From positions 5,009,873 to 5,018,921 of the forward strand of contig CM119263.1 in assembly GCA_051294375.1 (NCBI GenBank): 9,049 nucleotides of DNA, read 5' to 3'. Source of the DNA: Paraspadella gotoi (lineage: Eukaryota; Animalia; Chaetognatha). Position numbers and translations under genes: made by a program. The notes beneath the pieces were generated by a model. That model was not told where the DNA came from and made no database searches. It saw only the letters and a program-made list of their open reading frames with translations. This document shows, in pieces, positions 1 through 9,011 of this stretch. Numbering within the stretch: the stretch's first letter is position 1; every line of letters starts with the position of its first letter.

Positions 1-228
1 TACAGAGTATTTGAAACTTTGAAATAAAACCCGGACTGATGAATAAGCAGGAATTTGCATTAATATTTGAGCCAGCAAAAACCTGGTAGACGTGGCAGGA
101 ATCGTCTGTGAACCGAGATTAAACAATAGGACGAGAAGAAAAAGACGTGGTAGGTTTTCCTCGCCCCGATGCCGGGGCAACCAAAGATCAGGTTTTTCCC
201 GAAACACGATAAAACATTGATGTTACGA
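1..228 (-). repeat. Putative 3' LTR (its 5' part; continues beyond the window edge)
   Basis: The reverse complement of 1-209 aligns by eye to 5807-5990, with shared blocks such as CTGATCTTT, GACGAT(A)TCCTGC, GTTTTTGCTG and ATTAATGC(C)AAATTC..CTGCTTATTCA. It lies downstream of integrase here and upstream of gag in the other copy, as expected of LTRs. The exact boundary is uncertain. Confidence 0.7.
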
Positions 229-230
229 AC

Positions 231-253
231 TTATTCGTCCCTTTCTGCCTTCA
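231..253 (-). other. Candidate polypurine tract (plus-strand primer site)
   Basis: Minus strand reads TGAAGGCAGAAAGGGACGAATAA immediately before the point where homology with the other LTR copy begins. The purine run is imperfect. Confidence 0.3.
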
Positions 254-578
254 TAACCAATGTTATAGCCAACGAAAACTGTTCAATTAATATTAAAAAG
301 AATTTTTACGAGAAGGAATTGTAAGGAAAGGATTATGTTAAAGAGTCTCTCTCGTGTTTATATAAAAGAATAATGGCACAAAAAAAAATTTTAAAAATTA
401 AGTCCGAAATAATAACACATATAAGTTGATGTTTGATAACCAAAAAATTACATAAAAATAAAAAGCTGAAACCATACTGGGGAAAACAGTAAATAAGGCA
501 CAGATCAAATAAAAAGTTAGAAGCGGCGCAGGAATCAATAAAAACAACCTGATGATAAAACTGATAGAGCTTAAACAA

Positions 579-2140
579 TTAAGATGCGAGAGAGGATTCA
601 AATCTTCGGCAAGAATACGTCGGCTTACGAGAGAAGAACAATTTACGACAATCACGTCGACTCTTTGATGCGGTGCGGACCTTTACGCGCCGGACGCGGC
701 CGCAGATCCGGATAAACGTTTGAGATAATTCGCGAGAGGCCAGTCGCCGCGATGATGCGATTCGTCGACACGAGAACAAGATCGCCAACACGGAGATTTC
801 GCGAAAGGAAATTCCACTTTTGCCTCTTGAGAGAGAGTATAAATATTCGCGCACCCAGCGGCGCCAGAAGATGTGGTCCGCGATTGCTGAAGAAAGACGC
901 CATGTACGTCGCAGAGCAGCGCCCTCTCCGCCGCATTGCTGGGAGGGACTATGGATGCCGATTGGAAGGAGGGGAGCCAGGCGACAGTGAGCGAAGCGGC
1001 TGAGGGTTTGAGTGTCGAGGATCGTCGGAGACATGGGGAGGGGACGTTGATTCAGATTCGACCACAACAAGCGATGTTGAGGACATCGTCAGTGATAGTA
1101 GCGGAGTTCCTGCAGACGTTCGTGAGGATTCTTTTGGTGGAGCGGACGAGACGCTCAAAGACGCCACCCCTCAATGCCACGGCATTGTGAAGGACATTGA
1201 ATACTATATTGATGCGCAGATGGAAGTTGATGTCGTCGTTCCACTCTTTGAGACTTTTACCAAGTCTTTGACAGACCGCGGTAAAATTCGTGCCACAATC
1301 TGAAATCATTTCTCTCGGACGCCAGGTCGGCGGGAAAAAGCGAAAACAACAAGTTATATAAAGGCAGTGGCAGATAATACAGCAGAACCTCTAAATCACA
1401 GCACGCATTTTCAAACAAGTAAATAAACAAATCCATCTTTTTTGTAATGCACGGCCCCTTTTTACCTCAAAAGGTCCCATAAAATCGACACCAGTTTCTT
1501 GAAACGGAACAATACCTTCTTGAACACGGAATGCAGGGAGAGGAGCCATCTTTTGTGAGACAGGTTTGGCATGAAGTCGTAAGCATAATAGACATTTACC
1601 TATTTCCTTTTTTACCATTTGGCGACCTTTGAGAATCCAAACCTTTTGTCTTAAAGTACAATGAACATGTTCAACTCCGGCATGACCTTGTTGTTCATGC
1701 TCATATGCCTAATGAGCAAAGCAACTACATGAGATTGGGAAGGCAAAATAACAATTGGGTAGTTTGCATGTACATATTTGAGGCGTCCACCAAAACGGAT
1801 AATATCATCTTGGAGAAATGGATCAAGGGTTCTGGCCGACTTGAACTTGAGCAAAGGGATCTTTGTTTTCCCCAAAATTTCTATATTTAGTATCTGTATC
1901 AAGACTTTGTAATAAATTGTACTCAGATGAGAAATGTTCTTTTTGTGTCAAATGAAAACGAAGGGATTGGGCATGCTTGAGCTCATCTGACCGTGTCGGA
2001 CCGGATGAGAGGGGGGAGAAAGGGTTGATTTTTAACTTTTGTTGAATAATTATGAAGACGAATATGACTGAAAAATCGTACCAACCAACTGACATGAATA
2101 AGAAGCTTGTTCCATGAGGATACACGTTCTGCAATTTTGG
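579..2140 (-). pseudogene. BEL/Pao pol C-terminal part: pre-integrase linker, HHCC zinc finger, DDE integrase core, DUF5641-like C-terminal domain; many frameshifts
   Basis: Stitched from ORFs 1983-2378, 1823-2134, 1651-1902, 1391-1618, 1052-1309, 579-1070 and 652-936. HHCC = HEQQGHAG...WILKGRQMVKKEIGKCLLC (1699-1583). Catalytic residues: D in GVDF (1486-1484), D in SDCGTNF (1300-1298), E in GGVFER (1156-1154). Confidence 0.92.
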
Positions 2141-3069
2141 TAATCAGAGATGATTGGAAGGTGGAGTGGTGAAAAAAACCAGTTTCTGTGCCGAAAGCAA
2201 GAAGAGGTCGAAATGATTTGTCTCTGCACGATTCAAACATGCCTTTTGGTGCTGTAAAGTGGGATGTTATCTGCCGAAAGTCGTGTATTCTTGGTTTGAG
2301 AAGTAAAAACTCGCGTACTTTGAGACAAGAGAGACTTACCATGAAAGTTACTTGTCGTCCCGAGCAGAGCATATCCACGACACACTAAATAGAAATGCAA
2401 AGGTCCTCTCGTGATCAAGAAAGGGCCAATACATTCCCCATGGTGACAAAATTCTTGTCTGCTAAGACCCAAAAACTTCCGTTTATGCGAATGCGCACAG
2501 TTTACCAAGCGGCGAAGGATATTAACACGATAAGCAAATGAATCCAAGGTTATTTCTTTAACTTTGGTCGACAAATTACGAGCTATACGTTGAGCAAATT
2601 CTACCTCATATCAGTATGGTCTTATCAATTTTGATCAGCTCATGATCGGTAGGACAATTCAACCAATGTCAATACAAGGAAACTACACTGCAGTAAAACC
2701 ATTTAAAGTTTCCATCAGCTAATGTAGAGAACCCAAATGTATATTGTCCGGCTTTTCTATGCCTGAATAGTTTTAAAGAAATGAGGTAGGCTAAACATGC
2801 CCGGAGAACTTGACAATGTTGAGACAACCATCTCAAAGCTGTTTGGAAACATATAAAAACAGCCCAAGAGCCCTCATTATCCAAAACACTTTTCTGTGTG
2901 ATCGTATTAATCCAAACCAGATTATTTCCGAAACAATCTAAGTGAAAATTTGTCGGGTACACGCACCACTTCCCAGAAGCAATTCAACATATCAATGCCC
3001 AATCACTGTGTCCGATGATCGAACATCCCACCTCTATCAAACTAAGTGGAGTGCGAACTCTGAACCATT
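2141..3069 (-). other. Unassigned ~0.9 kb segment at the position normally holding RT and RNase H; possibly coding
   Basis: Minus-strand ORFs 2669-2962, 2233-2574 and 1983-2378 tile most of it in the element's sense. I see no YxDD, FxDAS, PRLEL or NPAD motif. Confidence 0.45.
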
Positions 3070-4032
3070 ACATGAGAAATAAAGGCACAAGTGACAGACC
3101 TACATGATTTTCCACCATCAGGGCCTATAATCGCCCACCCCACGGTGTCTGGATAGCAGATGGAGTGACAAGGGTTCCGCGATGGATTCCATTGTCAGAG
3201 GGGAGGAGACTTATTCCTAACTCTGTACCAATAAGCATGTTTACTTGTCTCTTGTCTGGGGGTAATTCTGTGAGAGATACATCTTTTAAATGGGCAAATC
3301 TATGCACGAGGTCGTTTGTGGTGATGAGGCACTAGGGATGTTGATTGCAACCATAGTGTGGGGGCTGGGTAACAGGAATTCAGAACTTAGAGAATGGAGG
3401 GTCAATGAACAAAATTTACGACTTTTCTTGGAACTATTTTCAATGGTAGACAATTCAATAACCTCAGGGTAAGGGCTTATTCCCAGAGCACTAGGTATAA
3501 ATTCTGAGCAGCAAGTAATGTTAGATCCTGGATCCAACAAAGCATAAGTATCAACAAATTTACCATTGTCAGGATTTGATACGCGAAGTGCCATGACTGG
3601 CCTGTAAACGTTTCCAACATATTCATTGGAATTCACTTGGAGAGTTGCAGTGGTAACTGACTGAGCATCTTGAGGAGTAATAACAGGATTAGATGGCGCA
3701 GAATTATTCTCAGTAAAATCTCGATGCAGCATAGTGTGATGTGAAGCTTTGTTGCATTTTTTGCAAGCCCCAGTAGACTTACAATCACCGATTTTGTGTG
3801 GGGAAAGGCATCGAAAACACAAGCCAGTTTTCTTAACATAGAAAAATCGATCTTTGACAGAAGAGGCGATAAATTTATCACAGCGGTAAATGGCATGGTC
3901 ATTTGACTCACAGAACAAACAATTTCTTTTGGCATCTTTGGATTCAACAGTGGCCATCATTGCAGGCTTGTTGAAAGGCTTACCAGCTACGACTTTGACA
4001 GCGCGAGGCTTCTGGTCAGTGAAATCTGTTTT
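3070..4032 (-). pseudogene. BEL/Pao Gag C-terminal zinc knuckles plus aspartic protease (DUF1758-like)
   Basis: CLFCESNDHAIYRC, CFRCLSPHKIGDC and CKKCNKASHHTMLH at 3921-3724. The YALLDPGSNIT active site has D at about 3534. After frameshifts it continues AHLKDVSL...VNMLIGTE...PSAIQTP/GWAIIGP. The frame is open from 4032 to about 3290. Confidence 0.92.
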
Positions 4033-4057
4033 NNNNNNNNNNNNNNNNNNNNNNNNN
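4033..4057. other. Assembly gap (25 N)
   Basis: Run of 25 N. Gag coding sequence lies to the left and unrelated non-coding sequence to the right. Confidence 0.99.
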
Positions 4058-4364
4058 TGCGCGAGCGAGGCGGATAATTTTGAGATTGGCAATGAGAATG
4101 AAAACTTTTTAAATTTTTTTAAATTTGTTTAATTTACTACAAACTGAGTTGAGAGCCAAACACAAAGTCCGCCCACTCTGTCTCTCTTTTCACGGAATGG
4201 GGAAAGGGGGAAAACCGTAAAGTTTAAGCTCAGTGGAATAATGGCATGCACTGAAGGCAATTCCGCACTCGCAATGATCAAAGCAATGGCACATACAAGT
4301 CCATAAGGCGGTTTTACAAAAGGGTTTTACTGGCTACTGGAGCTATTGGGGCGAACCCATAAGA

Positions 4365-4414
4365 GGAATTCAAAGGGACATCCAACAGGGGAATTCCAAA
4401 GGGCAGCCAAAGGG
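4365..4414 (+). repeat. Imperfect ~25-bp tandem duplication
   Basis: GGAATTCAAAGGGACATCCAACAGG followed by GGAATTCCAAAGGGCAGCCAAAGGG. Confidence 0.6.
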
Positions 4415-4530
4415 TAAGCCGGTCTGGGCGAAAGAGAATGGGGTTTTCTGCGGCGAAGAGAGAACAGAGAGGATTAGTCCCTCAATTTCTATTCGAAGAG
4501 AGACGAAGTGAGAAAAAACCCGCTGATTGA

Positions 4531-4639
4531 GGTGATTGGGACAGAGATGTTGGGTTGATTGGATGATTGGTTAGAGAGAATGGGATGATTGGTTAGAGAG
4601 GATAGGATGATTTGGTGAGAGAAAGTTCAGGATGATGGG
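4531..4639 (+). repeat. Degenerate ~22-bp minisatellite, about 4-5 units, consensus GGATGATTGGTTAGAGAGRATR
   Basis: Units start at about 4531, 4561, 4583, 4605 and 4630 (partial). The two central units share GGATGATTGGTTAGAGAG exactly. Confidence 0.75.
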
Positions 4640-5279
4640 AGTCGTAAAAAATAGATTCTTAAATTATACTTAAAATGAGAGTTGAGGTCACCAAATCTCA
4701 CCATAGTTAGTAAATTATTTAAAATCCCATTTGGTTTGTGTCTGTTTTGATATTAGGCCTATTTTTTGGGGTTTTACATGCTTTTTTTATATCGTTTAGT
4801 AGTTTATTGATTTCACAGATGATTTTGTGATAGCAATAGGTTAAAGGTCGAATTGGCCTTGAAGTTGTGTTTGAGAGTTAGAGTGAGACATTGCGCTTCT
4901 TCTTCGTCTTCGTTATCGAAAACTGGGAGTTGGGACTCAGATGTCGATTTCTCTGCTGTCGGAGGTCGAGCCCGTTCTGCCCCACGGACGACGCCTCGTG
5001 CCCCGTGCGACTCCAATACGAAATTATTTTAAGAATTACTTTTAGGCAAAAAAAAAACGAAACGAAACGAGATGGAAATTCAACTTTTTTTTCTTTTCGT
5101 AGAGAAAGGTTTAAGGGATTAAGCTTTTTTAAACTCTCAGGGGATCGAGATACGAGGGTTTTAGGAGGAAGTTTTGTTAGGATTATTATAGAGACCATTT
5201 CTTCCGCGTTGTTCTCGGTCTCGGGCTTAAGCATTCCACGGAGGGAAACTCAAAATATTGTTTTTTACTTTCTAACCAA

Positions 5280-5598
5280 CTCTTTTTTTTCATTTAAGAT
5301 TCTGTTCTCTTCTTTCTGTTGGGCTTTTTTTGTTGTTTTTTTTTCAGTTTTTCTGTTGCTCTTAGTTCCTTAATTTTCTTTATTTTTCTTTTCTTTTCTC
5401 TTTTATATACTTTACTTTTTATTCTTTATCATCCTCTTTACTCCTCTCTCATTTTTTTCTGTCCCCTTTCCTTTCTTTCCTCATTCTTCTTCTTCCTCTC
5501 TTCCCTTCTTTTTCTTTCTCTCTCCACTTTCTCTCTCCTCTCTTCCTTTTCTTTTGGTCCCTTCCTTTTTATCTATCCTCTTCTTTTTTTCTTCTCTC
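5280..5598 (+). repeat. Low-complexity pyrimidine-rich (T/C) tract
   Basis: Almost entirely T and C, with TTC, TCTC and TTTC sub-motifs. It produces the spurious F/S/L-rich ORFs. Confidence 0.9.
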
Positions 5599-5672
5599 AA
5601 TCTGAAAAGACTTCAAAGATCCCTCAGATAATAGAAAGATAAGGACGAAAGTAACGGATTCGATAAGATGCC

Positions 5673-5677
5673 GAGAG

Positions 5678-5759
<82 letters not shown>
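5673..5759 (+). repeat. (GA)n microsatellite, about 43 units with two single-base interruptions
   Basis: Directly visible in the sequence. Confidence 0.98.
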
Positions 5760-5787
5760 CGGTGCTTCATATTTAAAACGGGCCGAT

Positions 5788-5990
5788 TGTAGAATTATTT
5801 TTTCCTTCGTTTCGAAAACTGATCTTTTGGTTTACACCCCGCATTCGCGAGAAACCAAGTCTTTTCTTCTCTCGTTCCTATGTTTTAATTCGTTACAAGA
5901 CGATATCCTGCAACGTTACCGTTTTTGCTGCTTCGAATTAATGCCAAATTCTCTGCTTATTCAACGCGTTTATTCGAAAGTTAAAATGTA
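5788..5990 (+). repeat. Putative 5' LTR (alignable part only; true 3' end not determined)
   Basis: Inverted homology to 1-228. A candidate TG start (TGTAGAATT) lies at 5788. No canonical PBS was recognised downstream. Confidence 0.65.
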
Positions 5991-6144
5991 TATTTTTAAT
6001 GCTTATGTAATCGCCAAATTTCTATAAAGTTCGACGTGTATCACGCAGTCCCGGTTTTTAATGGTTTTTTAATAAGTTTTTAATGCGTTTATAAATTGAA
6101 CATTTTATATTAAATGTTGTATAATCTGTTTTCACAGTCCCAAG

Positions 6145-6293
6145 CGGCTGCTTTCTGGATCCCATTCCCCGGACGCTTTTTGCGATGCTTTACGGCTGCT
6201 ATTCCCTCGATCCCTTTGCCGACGCTTTTTCCGAATGCTTTTCCGATGGCTTTTTCCGATGATTTTTCCGATGCATTACGGCTGCCCTTACGG
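6145..6293 (+). repeat. Nested tandem repeat in the element leader: ~48-bp unit containing an expanded ~12-bp CCGATGCTTTTT unit
   Basis: CGGCTGC..GATCCC..GACGCTTTTT.CGATGC units start at 6145, 6193 and 6279 (partial). The second unit carries about 5 CCGAYGNTTTTT-like copies. Confidence 0.8.
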
Positions 6294-6421
6294 TTTTTAT
6301 TACGCGAATTCATTATGGTTTCTAATACAATTGGATATTTTGCTTTAATTTTGAACTTATACCCGTTATGTTTATGTTTATAATTAAACAATATATGATG
6401 TAACCTGTAATCACGTCTTCA

Positions 6422-8417
6422 ATGTCTAAAGTCATACAAAGTGAATAGTCCCGCACCTAGGTTTAGGTAGGAAAACCTAACATTTCCTGGACTGAGTTTA
6501 CTATTCCGTTGCTCATGCTTTTCCATTATCATCTTCGCATATCTTTTGATTGTCCAAACTCTTTAGTTGTGGTATATAATGCAACGTCAACCCTCATGAT
6601 GTGCCGAGGATGTGCGCGCAGTAGATCCAAGACAAGAATATAGGTTGGCCGCATCTTCAACCAGAAAATATTAAGCAGATGGTTAAAAATTAATTCTGCT
6701 GAGATCCTAAAGTTTAATATAAGTACGAATTTCTCCTGAAACAATATTAACCAAACAGTTTTCCTGCCGCACTACAAAAGGTTGCTTTTTTTATCAAATA
6801 ATCTCTGTTTTTACGAAGAACATGAATGAGGACAAACTGTTTGGTCTTGGTGGAAACAACATTAAAATAGCTAATATCACAAAGAGAAGCTGTCGAATTA
6901 TATACATGATATATCAAAGGTGTCCATCCACACCCAATATCCTATTGACTCACCCTGCCTATTGTAAGTTCTGCAGCATCAACCTGATACTGCAAGTTTG
7001 TACCCACTTCCAATGTTTCCACTGCGATGGCAGCTGCTAACTTGGCACTGCGCCCATTCCCCAACATGAACCTCCCAATATGCTCAGCTCCAATGGAAGC
7101 TGTGGCTTCCCCAGCGCGATCTTTTTTAACTATTCCGGAATTACAATTAATAGCTGCACATGGATCTATGCTTCAAGAAAGTTGGTTCCAATTCTTCCAG
7201 TAGATCCACCGCATCCTTACGTCGTAAGTCACGTGCTGGGCTGCAGGCAGCTGAAAGTTCGTATATGCTGCTTGAAGAGTTGATGAAAACAGAAGCTTGA
7301 AATGAGGTTCAAATTGAACCAAGAGTTGCTCGATATGGAAGAGGGAAGAGAAGCTTAATGTTTTATCTGCTAAGTATGAGTTTGAGGCAGAAAAGGCTTC
7401 CTTGCAGCTTTACATGATGATCCTGAAGTTAACACACTACTGCTCCTGGAGAGATGACACCCCAGAAAAGATTTGATAGTTATTGCGCACTAAAGAACAA
7501 TTTGACTCTCAACTGCCATCCTCCTCCCAACCTGACTCCATAATTCTCAGTTCTCGCCTCCACCTCTCAGATGCCACCGCGTCCTCCTAATTTATTCTTT
7601 GGACCTAATCTTTCGTCCACAAACCTTATGCACCCCAAGTCATTCCTACCGTTTCTCTTTTTCAGCCTCGCCCATTAAATCTTCCTCCAGCAATTTCCAG
7701 TTCCCACCCCCTATTGTAACAAATGTAAACTCCTGCTTTGCAATCTGTTTCAATCCCCATCGCCACTTTTGGAAAGTCTTGTTGGTTACAAAGCATTGCT
7801 TCAAGCGCGCCTGCTTCCAGGTGAATAAGTGGAGAAGGGCGATTCTCTTAAGTTGCATAAGTTTCTGGTAAATAGCTTTGAAAGCCTGATGTTGAGGTCT
7901 ATTTGCTGTGTGAGTGGACGGTTCAAGGTTGAATGAATTGTTGCAAATGATGGGTTGACCGCCCAGCGCCTTGATGCTAATTGCAATATTTAGACAATAG
8001 AAAGGAGATGCTGCTGCCGCCGCATTGCAGAGGCTAAACTATCTTGTTTAAGACAGATATGAGGTTTGCAAAAGCGTACATGCTCAGGAATTGGCCTCTG
8101 AGAAGGTCCGTTGAAGGTCCCCTCTAGTTAAGTCCTAGGATCATGCTCGCGTTTGAAATTTGGTTCTCAAACTGAGAATGCACTTGGAGTCGCTCAGTGA
8201 GGCGGGTGATCACTTTCTCTTCACTCAACTTCTACTGAGAAGCATGAGAAGAATCATAAAAGCGAAGGTTCCATTCTTTCATGAAAATTAGTTCACATGC
8301 TTATAAGTTGGAATCTTATTCAAGAACGTGGAAGTTACCTTTGAAGATCTTATTGATTTTCTTGCAATGTCAAGCCAAACGCTTGGTGCCCATTTTGGCG
8401 GCTGCCATTTATGGACC
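6422..8417 (+). pseudogene. BEL/Pao gag N-terminal and core (DUF1759-like) region, heavily disrupted by indels
   Basis: A Ser-rich segment then an E/K/L coiled-coil segment (about 7160-7410) and a Pro/Ser-rich linker. Then GDSLKLHKFLVNSFESLMLRSI (7838-7903), SRLNELLQMM and EVTFEDLIDFL (8331-8363), matching the typical BEL Gag layout. The ATG at 6422 is a tentative start. Confidence 0.65.
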
Positions 8418-9011
8418 CTTCTGTTTCATCAACTCTTCAGCAGCTATCATACGAACTGCAGCCGCAGCACGTGACTTATGACGTAAGGATGCGGTGGATC
8501 TACTGGAAGAATTGGAACCAACTTCTGAAGCACTAGATCCATGCGCAGCATTAATTGTAACTTTGGGAATAGTAAAAGATCGCCTGGGGGAAGCCACAGT
8601 TCCATTGGAAGAATTGGAGGCATATTGGGAGGTTCATGTTGGGGAATGGGCGCAGTTGCCAAGTAAGCAGCTGCCATCACAGTGGAAACATTGGAAGTGG
8701 GTACACTTGCAGTATCAGGGTTTGATGCTGCAGAACTTACAATAGGCAGGGGAGTCAAAGGATATGTGGGATGGAACATTTGATAAACAGAATAAAATTC
8801 GAGCTTCTCTTTATGATAACAATTAATTTGTTCCACCAAGACAGTTTGTGCCTCATTTGTAAAAACAGAGTTATTGTGATAAAAAAGCAACCTTTTGTAT
8901 ACGGCTGAAAACTGTTGGTATAATGCAGAGAAATTCGTGGCATAAAAATTGGGATCTTCAGCAGAATTAATATCTTTAACCATCTGCTTAATATTTCTTG
9001 TAAGAGTGGCC
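8418..9011 (-). pseudogene. Second, cleaner, inverted copy of the gag N-terminal segment
   Basis: Its reverse complement matches 6647-7295 (e.g. AATATTAAGCAGATGGTTAAA; AAGTTGGTTCCAATTCTTCCAGTAGATCCACCGCATCCTTACGTC). ORF 8447-8983 plus one frameshift leads into GSSASEVGSNSSSRSTASLRHKSRAAAAVRMIAAEELMKQK. Confidence 0.8.

Larger units (their letters stand above)
1..4032 (-). mobile_element. BEL/Pao LTR retrotransposon, 3' portion (gag C-term, protease, [no recognisable RT/RH], integrase, LTR); frameshifted; cut by the N gap and the window edge
   Basis: Minus-strand domain order: triple Cys/His knuckle ending HHTMLH; YALLDPGS protease; ERVSSWNKLL..VSWLVRF; LDPF...GGRL; HHCC; GVDFMGPF; SDCGTNF; GGVFERLVRSTK; FWRRWVREYL..RQKW..NLRVGDLVLV..GRVRRVKVRT. 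These motifs are characteristic of BEL/Pao polyproteins. Confidence 0.93.
5788..8417 (+). mobile_element. BEL/Pao LTR retrotransposon, 5' portion (LTR, leader, gag), same family as the 1-4032 element
   Basis: An LTR-like sequence shared with 1-228 is followed by a leader and a degenerate gag. It ends abruptly at the inverted junction 8417/8418. Confidence 0.75.

Noticed and set aside
163-178. GCCCCG-ATGC-CGGGGC hairpin
   Set aside because: Only a 6-bp stem, and it is not preserved in the homologous copy at about 5835-5850.
2960-2990. Minus-strand LNCFWEV resembles the BEL pre-RT LxxFWxxE motif
   Set aside because: Too short, and no downstream RT motifs follow, so it is not enough to call an RT remnant.
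752-3472. Plus-strand ORFs 752-1003, 936-1190, 1705-1890, 2188-2388 and 3290-3472
   Set aside because: Antisense shadows of the minus-strand polyprotein.
4033-4092. N-terminus MPISKLSASLA of the 268-aa ORF
   Set aside because: It reads across the N gap into unrelated sequence, so it is not a real start.
4225-4250. TAAGCTCAGTGG resembles a tRNA/SINE A box
   Set aside because: No B box (GTTCRA) or cloverleaf follows.
5175-5221. TCTCGGTCT shared with the window end (9041-9049), each preceded by a TGTYAG motif
   Set aside because: A 9-bp match with dissimilar intervening sequence is compatible with chance.
4878-5642. ORFs 4891-5373, 5319-5642 and 4878-5234 (F/S/L-rich or K-rich)
   Set aside because: By-products of T-rich low-complexity DNA that lacks stop codons; no recognisable domain.
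5668-6027. 119-aa ORF with an RE dipeptide repeat
   Set aside because: It is the translation of the (GA)n microsatellite running into the LTR-like sequence.
4531-6293. Short repeats considered as a CRISPR-like array
   Set aside because: The units are adjacent with no unique spacers, the context is eukaryotic, and there are no cas genes.
6110-6391. K/G-rich (-) and F/A/P-rich (+) ORFs
   Set aside because: Both are produced by the 12-bp tandem repeat.
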